DNA of 39,507 bases, taken from positions 1 to 39,507 of the forward strand of contig JAVXDN010000002.1 of assembly GCA_036658935.1 (NCBI GenBank), written 5' to 3'. Numbering within the stretch: the stretch's first letter is position 1; each line of letters begins with the position of its first letter. A program made the position numbers and the translations under genes. This stretch comes from Bacilli bacterium. Its GTDB lineage: Bacteria > Bacillota_I > Bacilli_A > RF39 > UBA660. Below, piece by piece: positions 19,327-28,874 of this stretch. The notes below the pieces were generated by a model. The model worked only from the letters and a program-made list of their open reading frames with translations, was not told the DNA's origin and made no database searches.

Positions 19327-21522
19327 TTATAATTTTAAATCACCTAAAATATGTTTTTGTATTCTAAGTAAATCTAATATAGTTACACTATTATCATAAT
19401 TTGTATCAGCTGCTTCAAGATATTCCTGTGTTAATATAGTAGACTTTATAATATGCTTTTGTATCTTAAGTAAATCTAAAATTGTTATTTTTCCATCTCC
19501 ACTGATATCTCCGTTCACTACAATTTTATAACTTCTGCTTTCATTGAGTGCACTAGTAATAGTAATACTCATTCCAGTATATAAATCAACTTGATTATTT
19601 ATAACATTATTATTTTGATCTTTAAATATCACATTAGCACTTGGACTAATCTTTTTAATAGAATTAATTAGTGAAGTAGATAACATACCAATATGTATAT
19701 CTTTCATAAAACCATTATTAGTTTTAACATTCATACCTGCAATAATTTCATCAATAGAAGTTTTTTCATTAACTTTAACTATAGTAACATTATATGTCTT
19801 AGTTTCTCCATTTTGTGCTTTAACTATTAAAGAAACAATAGTTTCTGGCTTTTCAAGTTTTATAACCCCTTCACCGAGTACACTAGCTTCTCCGCTAGAC
19901 CTATCAGCATAAACTGAAACTTCGTTTAATGTAGAACTAGTATAAACAGTATATGATGTAATATCAGGATCAAATCCTTGTATATATGAATTATTCACTT
20001 TAATACCACTTAAATTATTATTCTTGTCTCCAAATGAAGGAAGAGATACATATTTAGGCATATCATCATACACAGGAATGGAGAACTTATATGCTTCATT
20101 AATTAAACCATTATTAACATAAGACTCCATTGATGAATAAGCCTCACTTGAAGTAGCTTGAATATTAGTCATATATTGATTAGTAAACTTATATTGAGAC
20201 TTTGGCGAAGTGTTTAACCCTTGAAAATATAAAGTATCTTGTCCTACTTTGATATAATCATCCGCTATATATTGAGCTCCACCAATAATTGCTTTCTCAC
20301 GAGTATTCCATGGTCTTCCATAACTTCCCCCAGCACCACATGCATCTCCACATGCATACCATAAACCTTTTGCAACTGGATTATCTCCATTAGCTGAAAT
20401 ATTATAAAAATTATAAAATCCTTTTAAAGAATATCCCATATATTTGCTATTAGAATTACCAGAAACTGAACCATAATTAGGATTAGTTCCACCTTCTTGT
20501 TTAGTTCTACTCGCTAAATGAGCAGGACTAACGCCATTTAACCTTCCAGCTTCTACATAAGTATTAACATAATTATCACTAGCTAAATATGTACCATTAA
20601 AAATTGACTTAACTATATTTGCATTAGGATATTTACTATCAAAACTAAGTTCTTCAAATATAAACATATAATTTTCTGTTAAAAAGTTTCTAGGATCTAA
20701 GAAATATGCAATAGTTTTTGAATTAGCAGCATACCATCCACCAGTCTCCATTTCTATATTATTAATTCTATAAATATCATTAGTTGTTTGAATATATTTT
20801 TTAGCAGTTTCTTGTTCTACTGCATAACCAAATTTCAATCCTGTATTTAAAGGTTGAAACACCCAATTAGGATGATTTTTATGCAGCTTAGATAAATAAG
20901 GAATATAAGAATCAGGAAAACCTAAAGTACGTAAATAAGCAGCATATTCTTTATCTTCTAAAATTAAATTACTTTTAATATCAATATATGAAGAACAAAC
21001 AAAAGCTTCCCTAGAATTATAATATGATACTTTATTCCATCCTTCACTACATCCATACCCTGATATTTTATTTCCTATAATAGTTAAATTAGTACCTTGT
21101 ATTAATACATCTTGAACACTAGAATCTGAATTTGGGCTAGTCCTTGCATTAAGAAAAGTCGAATTAACCCTCGCAATATAATCACTTTCATTATATAAAT
21201 CATTTGAATTTCCACTAGTAGAAGAAATAGTAAAATATGTACTGCAACTAAATCTTTCAACTCCGTTAACTATTATTTTATACCATCCTTCTGGACACCC
21301 ACCACCAATATCTTTAACTTTTTCATCACTTACCATATTATATAAATTTCCCTTAACTAAGAAACCTATTAATTTGTTACTAGTACTAGGTCCATCTCTA
21401 TAAGTTGTTTCAGTAAAAGAAGTATAACCTGTAAGAGATGCCGCATTTATTTTATCAATAAATAATAATGAAAAAAAGATACATACTAAAAATAACAACG
21501 TAGTATTAATAATATTTTTCAT
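19327..21522 (-). CDS. Secreted peptidoglycan hydrolase: SH3b-like repeats, glucosaminidase-like domain, cadherin-like module, C-terminal type-I dockerin
   Basis: Signal peptide. Two SH3-like repeats (GWYKIIVNG, GWNKVSYYN). Glucosaminidase-like core (YFLDPRNFL, GVSPAHLASRTKQEGG). Cadherin-like module (LSGIKVNNSYIQGFDPDITSYTV...VKAQNGETKTYNVTIVKV). Dockerin duplicated Ca-loop/helix segments GDISGDGKITILDLLKIQKHII and ADTNYDNSVTILDLLRIQKHIL. Confidence 0.8.
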   Translation of the reverse strand: MKNIINTTLLFLVCIFFSLLFIDKINAASLTGYTSFTETTYRDGPSTSNKLIGFLVKGNLYNMVSDEKVKDIGGGCPEGWYKIIVNGVERFSCSTYFTISSTSGNSNDLYNESDYIARVNSTFLNARTSPNSDSSVQDVLIQGTNLTIIGNKISGYGCSEGWNKVSYYNSREAFVCSSYIDIKSNLILEDKEYAAYLRTLGFPDSYIPYLSKLHKNHPNWVFQPLNTGLKFGYAVEQETAKKYIQTTNDIYRINNIEMETGGWYAANSKTIAYFLDPRNFLTENYMFIFEELSFDSKYPNANIVKSIFNGTYLASDNYVNTYVEAGRLNGVSPAHLASRTKQEGGTNPNYGSVSGNSNSKYMGYSLKGFYNFYNISANGDNPVAKGLWYACGDACGAGGSYGRPWNTREKAIIGGAQYIADDYIKVGQDTLYFQGLNTSPKSQYKFTNQYMTNIQATSSEAYSSMESYVNNGLINEAYKFSIPVYDDMPKYVSLPSFGDKNNNLSGIKVNNSYIQGFDPDITSYTVYTSSTLNEVSVYADRSSGEASVLGEGVIKLEKPETIVSLIVKAQNGETKTYNVTIVKVNEKTSIDEIIAGMNVKTNNGFMKDIHIGMLSTSLINSIKKISPSANVIFKDQNNNVINNQVDLYTGMSITITSALNESRSYKIVVNGDISGDGKITILDLLKIQKHIIKSTILTQEYLEAADTNYDNSVTILDLLRIQKHILGDLKL

Positions 21523-21664
21523 TTCATCACCTCATCTTATATATTCTTATAAAGATAATTATATCAAATAAAATAGCAATAAAACAACAAAATACGACAT
21601 AGTTTACATAATAATATAGATAAAAAAGAACTAATGATATATAATAACATTAAGGAGAACGACT

Positions 21665-22738
21665 ATGAATTTAACAGTATTTGGTCATAATATATTTTTA
21701 GTAATAATAACTTGTTTTGCTGCTTCAATTGCTTTTGTCCTTTTAAGTATAAAAATATCAGTATATATAGGTGCACTAGATGTACCCGATGAAAGAAAAA
21801 TACATAAAACACCAATACCTACTCTTGGAGGGATTGGAATATTCTTAAGCTTTTTACTTGGATTTATGTTATTTTGCCCAAGGAATGATCTAATGTTTTC
21901 TATACTTATAGCATCTTTTCTAGTATTACTTTTAGGAATAATAGATGATATTCATCCAGTGCCAGCTAAAATAAAATTTTTAATTCATATATTAATATCT
22001 GGCATAGTAGTGTTTTATGGAGGACTAGAACTTGATTATATAACAATATTTGGAATGTATATAAACTTTGGCTTCTTCGCTCCTTTTATATCAATGTTAA
22101 TAATAGTATCAATTATAAATGCAATGAACTTAATAGATGGCTTAGATGGCTTATGTGCGGGAATATCTTCAATATACTTTTTTACAATCGCAGTTATTGC
22201 AATAGTATTAAACCGTTTAGGAGGCTTAGATATAATATTATCTTTAATTATGTTAGGCTCAACATGGGGATTTTTAATGTATAACTTCCCACCAGCTAAA
22301 GTATTTATGGGTGATACAGGATCTACATTCTTAGGACTAATGATAAGTGTAATAACATTATTAGGATTTAAAACAGTAACATTAACTTCTCTTGTAATAC
22401 CACTTTTAGTTCTAGCTATTCCAATATTAGATACATTATTTGCGATAATTAGAAGAAAATTAAAAGGAGAAAGTATAGGTAAACCAGATAAAGAACATAT
22501 ACATCATCAAATACTAAAAAAGACTTCATCTAAAAGAAAAACATTATTAATAATATATGCTGTAGATATAATATTTTCAATAACCTCGATATTTTATGCT
22601 TTAGGACACACAAAAGAAATGATTGTATGTTATGTATTACTTCTATTTGTCTTAATATTCTTAATATTAAAAACAGATATAATATTCGATAACAGTGGAA
22701 AAAGAAAAAGAAAAGAAGAGAAAAAGGTAAATAAATAA
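21665..22738 (+). CDS. tagO: Undecaprenyl-phosphate GlcNAc-1-phosphate transferase (MraY/WecA/TagO family)
   Basis: Polytopic GT4-family protein with motifs DVPDERKIHK, IIDDIHP, NAMNLIDGLDGL, FMGDTGS. Its size matches TagO. Confidence 0.8.
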   Translation: MNLTVFGHNIFLVIITCFAASIAFVLLSIKISVYIGALDVPDERKIHKTPIPTLGGIGIFLSFLLGFMLFCPRNDLMFSILIASFLVLLLGIIDDIHPVPAKIKFLIHILISGIVVFYGGLELDYITIFGMYINFGFFAPFISMLIIVSIINAMNLIDGLDGLCAGISSIYFFTIAVIAIVLNRLGGLDIILSLIMLGSTWGFLMYNFPPAKVFMGDTGSTFLGLMISVITLLGFKTVTLTSLVIPLLVLAIPILDTLFAIIRRKLKGESIGKPDKEHIHHQILKKTSSKRKTLLIIYAVDIIFSITSIFYALGHTKEMIVCYVLLLFVLIFLILKTDIIFDNSGKRKRKEEKKVNK

Positions 22739-23316
22739 TGAATGTATATGACTTTGATAATACAATTTATAATGGAGATTCAGGTGTAGATTTAATAAAA
22801 TACACTTTTTCGCTTCATCCTTTTTTAATATTAAAACACATCTTTAAATCTATTCCTTATTTAATAAAATATTTATTAAATAAGATAGAAGTAGAAGAAT
22901 TTAAAGAAAATTTATTTTCTTTTTTAAAATATATTGAAAACATTGATATATTTATAGAAGAATTTGTAAATAAAAATATTAATAAAATAAAACCATGGTA
23001 CAAAAGACAACAACAACCATCTGATTTAGTAGCCTCAGCTTCTTATGACTTATGGATAAATATATTTTGTGAAAAATTAGGAATTAAAAATATAATAAGT
23101 ACTAATATTGATAAATCAACTTATAAATTAATCTCTAAAAATTGTTCTAAAGAAGAGAAACTAAGAAGAATAAAAGAACAATATCCTAATATTAAAATAA
23201 AAACAACATATTCAGATTCAAAAAACGACATACCTTTATTAAAAAGTGGAGAACGTGGAGTTATGGTTAAAGGTAATGAAATGTACGAATATTATAGAAA
23301 AAAGGATGAATATTAA
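22738..23316 (+). CDS. HAD-superfamily hydrolase (subfamily IB-like)
   Basis: N-terminal DxD motif VYDFDNTIY, a later SAS motif and a C-terminal YSDSKNDIPLL. The ATG overlaps the tagO stop (TAATG). Confidence 0.65.
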   Translation: MNVYDFDNTIYNGDSGVDLIKYTFSLHPFLILKHIFKSIPYLIKYLLNKIEVEEFKENLFSFLKYIENIDIFIEEFVNKNINKIKPWYKRQQQPSDLVASASYDLWINIFCEKLGIKNIISTNIDKSTYKLISKNCSKEEKLRRIKEQYPNIKIKTTYSDSKNDIPLLKSGERGVMVKGNEMYEYYRKKDEY

Positions 23317-23335
23317 TATTTATTCTTTTCTTTTG

Positions 23336-23419
23336 CACAAATCATTAAAGTAAAACATCACAAATCATTAAAGCCAAACTTCACAAATCATTAAAGTGAT
23401 ATTGCACAAATCATTAAAG
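23336..23419 (+). repeat. Four direct repeats of CACAAATCATTAAAG at an exact 23-bp period, abutting a TATAAT box
   Basis: Copies at 23336-23350, 23359-23373, 23382-23396 and 23405-23419. TATAAT at 23425-23430, RBS agaggtg, ATG at 23449. Confidence 0.9.
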
Positions 23420-23448
23420 TGTTGTATAATATGTATTAGAGGTGCACT

Positions 23449-24726
23449 ATGGAATATATTAAAAGAATAACGGATGATTTAATAGAAAAGATGTTACGTA
23501 TTACTGGAGGAGTAGTTATAAAAGGCCCTAAATGGTGTGGAAAAACAACTAGTGCTAAACAATTTTCTAGTAGTGTTTTAGATCTTCAAAGCAGTAAAAC
23601 TAAAATATCTAATCAACAAATAGCTGAAAATGATATATCTTTATTATTAGAAGGTGACAGTCCAAGATTAATAGATGAATGGCAGGTTATTCCAGAAATA
23701 TGGAATGCCGTCAGAACTGACATTGACGAGAAAAACAAAACTGGATTATACATATTAACTGGATCAACTACTCCTGTAGATGATAAATCTCTACATACTG
23801 GAATTGGCAGACTATCATTTGTAGAAATGAAACCAATGACATTATATGAATCAGGCGATTCAAACGGAAGTATTTCACTAAAAGATATCTTAGATAATAA
23901 AGTGGAAATAAGAGGTCAAAAGTCCAATATAGATTATCAAAGACTAGCATATTTAACTTGTAGAGGAGGATGGCCTAGTTCAATTGGAATGGATGAAACA
24001 GATGCACTTGAAATTGCTAAAGAATATGTTAAAGCATTAACAGAATCTGATATATCTGCTATAGATGGACAAAACAGAAATCCTGAATTAGCAAGATATA
24101 TTTTAAGAGCTTACGCTAGACATATTTCTACAATTGATGCTAATACTACTCTTTTAGAAGATATAAAATATAACTATGGTGATGTATCGTCTACAACACT
24201 TCAAAATTATTTAAATGTTTTAAAAAGATTATATGTAATTGATGAAGTGAATTCTTGGAATCCGAATTTACGATCAAAAACAGGAGTTAGAACCTCCCCT
24301 AAAAAAGGTTTTGTAGATCCTTCAATTGGAATCGCTGCACTAGAAACTTCTCCAAAAGAATTGGCACTTGACCCAGAAACATTCGGTCTGTTTTTTGAAA
24401 ATCTTGTTAATAGGGATTTAAGTGTGTATTCAGCAAAAATAGGTGGATTTGTTAGACATTATAGAGATAGATATGGTCTTGAGTGTGATCATGTAATTCA
24501 TTTTAATAATGGAAAATATGGTTTAATTCAGACAAAACTTGGGTCCAGTGGAATAAATCAAGGTATAGAAAAATTAAGAAAAATAAGAGATTTGATTAAG
24601 AAAAAAAATAAAGAAAAGAAAATAATGAAAGAACCTGATTTTTTAATGGTAATTACAGGTGGAGAAACCGCATTAACTACAACTGATGGAATTTTAGTAG
24701 TACCAATCGGATGTTTAAAAGACTAA
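23449..24726 (+). CDS. AAA-family ATPase (AAA_14 plus DUF4143-type, COG1373-like)
   Basis: Walker A GPKWCGKTT, Walker B-like RLIDEWQ, and the length and C-terminal region typical of DUF4143 proteins. Confidence 0.75.
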   Translation: MEYIKRITDDLIEKMLRITGGVVIKGPKWCGKTTSAKQFSSSVLDLQSSKTKISNQQIAENDISLLLEGDSPRLIDEWQVIPEIWNAVRTDIDEKNKTGLYILTGSTTPVDDKSLHTGIGRLSFVEMKPMTLYESGDSNGSISLKDILDNKVEIRGQKSNIDYQRLAYLTCRGGWPSSIGMDETDALEIAKEYVKALTESDISAIDGQNRNPELARYILRAYARHISTIDANTTLLEDIKYNYGDVSSTTLQNYLNVLKRLYVIDEVNSWNPNLRSKTGVRTSPKKGFVDPSIGIAALETSPKELALDPETFGLFFENLVNRDLSVYSAKIGGFVRHYRDRYGLECDHVIHFNNGKYGLIQTKLGSSGINQGIEKLRKIRDLIKKKNKEKKIMKEPDFLMVITGGETALTTTDGILVVPIGCLKD

Positions 24727-24810
24727 AGTAAACACAAAAAAAGTGTCTACTTTTTTGTTTGTTCTTTATAAAAAAACATATTAATAGTATAATTAAGAAT
24801 AGGTGAAAAT

Positions 24811-27800
24811 ATGAAAAATTATAAAGTAATGGATGGAAATGAAGCTTGTGCAAGAGGTGCATATTTATTTAGTGAGATATGTGGTATATACCCTATAACA
24901 CCTGCATCTCCAATGGCAACTTTATGTGATAAATGGTCTAATCAAGATAAAAGAAATATATTTAATTCAAGAGTTAATGTAGTAGAAATGCAAAGTGAAG
25001 CTGGAGCTTCTGCTCTTATACATGGAGCATTACAATCAGGTAGTCTTTCAACAACATTTACATCTTCTCAAGGACTTCTCCTTATGATACCCTCAATGTA
25101 TAAAATGGCTGGAGAACTTCTTCCTGCAGTTATACATGTCGCAGCTAGATCATTATCTACACATGCTCTTTCTATATTTGGAGATCATCAAGATGTTTAT
25201 GCTACACGTTCTACAGGATTCGCTATCCTCTCATCTTCAAATGTACAAGACGCATATAACTTAGGAATAGTTTCTCATTTATCCGCTATAAGTGGACAAG
25301 TTCCTTTTCTTCACTTTTTTGATGGATTTAGAACATCACATGAAATAAATAAAATTAATATATTAGATGATAAAATAGTTTCTTCATTACTTGATATTCC
25401 ATCATTAAATAAATTTAAAAACAGAGCTATTAACATAGGAAATAATGTTACAAGAGGAATGTCACAAACAGAAGATATATATTTTCAAAATACAGAAAGT
25501 AGAAATAAATATTATAATGATCTTCCTAATATTGTAGAATCTTATATGAATAAAATAAATGTACTATCAGGTTCTAATTACAAACCATTTGTTTATTATG
25601 GAGCTTTATCTCCAACTAAAATAATAATCGCTATGGGTAGTGTAACAGATACTATTGCTTCAGTAGTAGATGAATTAAATAAAAATAAAGAAGAAGTTGG
25701 ATTAATAATAGTATATCTTTATAGACCATTTAGTGTAGAGCACCTATTAAAAGTATTACCTAATTCAGTTGAGTCAATCGCAGTACTAGATAGAACTAAA
25801 GAAGCTGGAAGTAATGGAGAACCTTTATATTTAGATATAGTAGAAGCTCTAAATAATAAAAATATAAAAGTATACGGTGGAAGATATGGATTATCTAGTA
25901 AAAATGTAACCCCTTCTTCAATAAAATCAGTATTTGATAATTTGTCATTACCTGAGCCATTAAATCACTTTACTATAGGAATAAATGATGATGTAACTCA
26001 TCTTTCTCTTGAAACATCACTTATAAAAATAAATCATGATTATAAAGAACTTAAAATCTATGGGTTTGGGTCAGATGGAATGGTAGGAGCATCAAAAAAC
26101 ATATTAAAACTTATTGGTTCAAAAGAAGAAACATTTATACAAGGATATTTTGAATATGATTCAAAGAAAAGTAGTGGAATAACAGTATCTCATTTAAGAA
26201 TTGGTCCAACTCCAATAAATGCACCATATTATTGTGAAGACTTATCATTAATAGTAATATCAAAAGATTTATACTTACAAAGATATAACTGTCTTGAAGG
26301 AATTAAAGAAAACGCAATATTATTGATTAATTCTAATAAAACTGATATAGAATTAAATGATTTAATGAATGATGAAACAAAAAAAACTATCAAACAAAAA
26401 CATATACAAGTATTTATAACCTCATCTCAGTCTTTAGCTGATAAATATCACTTAAATGGTAAAATAAATAATATAATGTCTTCATATATTTTAAAATTCT
26501 TAGGTAGTAAAAAAGAAGACTTAATATCTTTTGAAAATATGATAAAAGAAACATATATAAAAAAAGGTGAAGAGATAGTTAATAATAATATAAATGCATT
26601 TAAAGAAGCTGATGAATACTTAAGAGAACTTGATACATCTATATTAGATTTTGAAGAAATAGATACTATAGAAGATAATGATGTAATGTCACGTATGATG
26701 AAAAGAACTAGTTCATCTCTCCCTGTAAGTGCGTTCTTACCTCATACAGATGGTACATTTAAAGGAGGAAGCTCTGCCTTAGAAAAAAGAAAAACAAGTG
26801 ATCATACACCTCATTGGATAAAAGAAAATTGTATTGAATGTAATCAATGTTCATTTGTATGTCCTCACGGAGTAATAAGACCATTCTCTTTAGATGAAAA
26901 AGAATTACTTGATTCAGGATTAACAAAAAACGATACAATAGATTCACTAGGAGAAAAAAACAAACAATTTTATTTATCAGTATCATCATCAAATTGTACA
27001 GGATGTGGCTTATGTGTTGATACATGTATAGGAAAAAATAATAAAAAAGCATTATCATTAGAAAAATATAATGAAAAAGATGATATACTTTGTGATAAAT
27101 TATCTCTGATAGGAACTAATAACACTATATTTAATAAATTCACTGTAAAAGGCTTAGGCTTTGAAAAACCAAAATTTGAGTTTCCTGGAGCATGCGCGGG
27201 ATGTGGAGAAACTCCATATTTAAAAGCATTAACATCACTTTATGGAGAGAATATAGTAATCGCTAACGCTACAGGATGCTCTTCTATTTATTCCTCATCT
27301 CTTCCAAGTACGCCTTATAGTATCCCTTGGATTAGCTCTTTATTTGAAGATAATGCTGAATTTGGTTTAGGAATATTAACATCATATGAAACAACTCGTA
27401 GAAGAATAGAAGAAATTATATATGATACAAAAGATAATGTAACACCAGAAATAAAATCTCTATATAAAGAATGGTTAGATAATAAAGAAGACTATAAAAT
27501 AACTTCAAAAGTAAAAGAAGAATTATTAAAATTAGATATCCCTAATCCTTTAAAAGAATTAAGTGAATATATAGTTTCACGTAATGTATGGACTATAGGT
27601 GGAGACGGTTGGGCTTATGATATAGGATATGGTGGACTTGACCATGTACTTAGAAGTAACAAAAATGTAAAAATATTAGTACTTGATACTGAAGTTTATT
27701 CAAATACAGGAGGACAAACATCAAAAGCCACTAGAACAAGTGCAATCGCTGAGTTTTCAAGTAATGGTAAATTAAATCCTAAAAAAGATTTATTTAGAAG

Positions 27801-28230
27801 TGCAATGTCTATACCAAATGTATATGTTGCATCAATTTGTGAAGGTGCATCAATGCAACAGACTATAACTGCATTTAAAGAAGCAACTGAACATATTGGA
27901 CCTTCTATAATAATTGCATACTCTCCTTGTATAGCACATGGAATAAAAGGTGGATTAGTAAATACATTAAAAGAAGAGAAACTATTAGTATCTTCAGGAT
28001 ATAATATACTAATGCGTTATAATCCAGAAAATGATAAACTAACAATAGATAGTAAAGAACCTGACTTTTCATTATATGAAGAAGTATTTAATAAAGAATT
28101 AAGATATAAAAACTTATCTATAATAAATGAAAATAATTATAAAGAATTATATAATCAAAACTTAGATCAAGCTAAGAAAAGATATTCATTTTATAAAGAT
28201 TATTCATTAAAAACCGAAGGTGAAATATGA
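24811..28230 (+). CDS. nifJ: Pyruvate:ferredoxin (flavodoxin) oxidoreductase, single-polypeptide form
   Basis: N-terminus MDGNEACARGAYLFSEICGIYPITPASPMA, two 4Fe-4S motifs (CIECNQCSFVCPHG, CTGCGLCVDTCIG), TPP-binding GGDGWAYDIGYGGLDHV...LDTEVYSNTGGQ. Confidence 0.95.
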   Translation: MKNYKVMDGNEACARGAYLFSEICGIYPITPASPMATLCDKWSNQDKRNIFNSRVNVVEMQSEAGASALIHGALQSGSLSTTFTSSQGLLLMIPSMYKMAGELLPAVIHVAARSLSTHALSIFGDHQDVYATRSTGFAILSSSNVQDAYNLGIVSHLSAISGQVPFLHFFDGFRTSHEINKINILDDKIVSSLLDIPSLNKFKNRAINIGNNVTRGMSQTEDIYFQNTESRNKYYNDLPNIVESYMNKINVLSGSNYKPFVYYGALSPTKIIIAMGSVTDTIASVVDELNKNKEEVGLIIVYLYRPFSVEHLLKVLPNSVESIAVLDRTKEAGSNGEPLYLDIVEALNNKNIKVYGGRYGLSSKNVTPSSIKSVFDNLSLPEPLNHFTIGINDDVTHLSLETSLIKINHDYKELKIYGFGSDGMVGASKNILKLIGSKEETFIQGYFEYDSKKSSGITVSHLRIGPTPINAPYYCEDLSLIVISKDLYLQRYNCLEGIKENAILLINSNKTDIELNDLMNDETKKTIKQKHIQVFITSSQSLADKYHLNGKINNIMSSYILKFLGSKKEDLISFENMIKETYIKKGEEIVNNNINAFKEADEYLRELDTSILDFEEIDTIEDNDVMSRMMKRTSSSLPVSAFLPHTDGTFKGGSSALEKRKTSDHTPHWIKENCIECNQCSFVCPHGVIRPFSLDEKELLDSGLTKNDTIDSLGEKNKQFYLSVSSSNCTGCGLCVDTCIGKNNKKALSLEKYNEKDDILCDKLSLIGTNNTIFNKFTVKGLGFEKPKFEFPGACAGCGETPYLKALTSLYGENIVIANATGCSSIYSSSLPSTPYSIPWISSLFEDNAEFGLGILTSYETTRRRIEEIIYDTKDNVTPEIKSLYKEWLDNKEDYKITSKVKEELLKLDIPNPLKELSEYIVSRNVWTIGGDGWAYDIGYGGLDHVLRSNKNVKILVLDTEVYSNTGGQTSKATRTSAIAEFSSNGKLNPKKDLFRSAMSIPNVYVASICEGASMQQTITAFKEATEHIGPSIIIAYSPCIAHGIKGGLVNTLKEEKLLVSSGYNILMRYNPENDKLTIDSKEPDFSLYEEVFNKELRYKNLSIINENNYKELYNQNLDQAKKRYSFYKDYSLKTEGEI

Positions 28231-28628
28231 AATATAATATAAGTAAAATAATAATATTACTAATACTAATATTTTCTATCTTTTCATTATTAAAATATGT
28301 TGAAGATTTTAAAATAAATAAATATATTTCAGATGATCAATCATATTTAGTATTAAAAAGTGATAAAACTTTCAAATATCATATAAACGTCTGTGAAGGA
28401 TATTTAACCCTTAAAGGGAAATACCAAGATAAAGATAACTTAATTACTTTAACTAATTTTAATACTAAAAAACATGAAGGATATTCTATAAATAAAGCAT
28501 CAAATATATATTTTACAAAAAAGGATAATAAAACTCTTGAATTTACTGGATATGATAGTATCTATGCATCATCATGTGTTAATGAAAATAAATTATTTAT
28601 ACTAGAAACAACAAAAAACATCGACTAA
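28227..28628 (+). CDS. Small N-terminally anchored protein, unknown function, coupled to PFOR (ATGA overlap)
   Basis: The ATG overlaps the PFOR stop. One N-terminal TM. Confidence 0.55.
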   Translation: MKYNISKIIILLILIFSIFSLLKYVEDFKINKYISDDQSYLVLKSDKTFKYHINVCEGYLTLKGKYQDKDNLITLTNFNTKKHEGYSINKASNIYFTKKDNKTLEFTGYDSIYASSCVNENKLFILETTKNID

Positions 28629-28648
28629 AATATAGCACGATGTTTTTT
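28613..28648 (+). terminator. Terminator closing the PFOR operon
   Basis: Perfect 11-bp stem aaaaaacatcg (28613-28623) / cgatgtttttt (28638-28648). The T-run is part of the descending arm. Confidence 0.6.
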
Positions 28649-28663
28649 GTAATATTCCATATT

Positions 28664-28757
28664 GGGAAGTACTTATTTCTAAGTACTCCCGGAAAAAAGA
28701 ATAAAAAGGGGTTGGCTAGTGTGATACTAGCACCAATTCGCCTAAATGTGAATTGGT
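28664..28757 (+). other. Structured intergenic segment with three stem-loops; class not recognised
   Basis: Hairpin 1, 28664-28690: 11 bp with one bulge and a tttc loop. Hairpin 2, 28715-28731: 6 bp. Hairpin 3, 28732-28757: 8 bp, accaattc/gaattggt. The segment looks more GC-rich than its flanks. Confidence 0.4.
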
Positions 28758-28843
28758 AAGTCTATATACTAAAGGGTAAATGACTTTTTGTCAATAGTAT
28801 TTTATACTTTTTTTATTTTAGATATTTTTTGTATTAAAAAGTA

Positions 28844-28852
28844 TGGTATAAT
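28844..28852 (+). promoter_or_regulatory. Extended -10 promoter (TGgTATAAT) for the first gene of the pilus-associated locus
   Basis: TGGTATAAT at 28844-28852, RBS gggag, ATG at 28875. Confidence 0.55.
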
Positions 28853-28874
28853 TCTTATACTAGGGAGTGATAAA

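Noticed and set aside
23336-23419. CRISPR-like array.
   Set aside because: The repeats are only 15 bp with 8-bp spacers, there are four copies, no cas genes are present, and the array sits on a promoter. This is not a CRISPR.
28664-28757. Riboswitch (c-di-GMP-I/II), T-box or tRNA-like fragment in the structured leader upstream of the pilus locus.
   Set aside because: I could not find the conserved cores I remember for these classes. The stem and loop sizes (8-bp stem with a 10-nt loop) do not fit a tRNA cloverleaf. I report it only as unclassified structure.
28721-28759. A 12-codon mini-ORF (GTG ATA CTA GCA CCA ATT CGC CTA AAT GTG AAT TGG TAA) after a G-rich RBS-like run.
   Set aside because: It is too short, lies entirely inside the predicted hairpins, and nothing supports translation.
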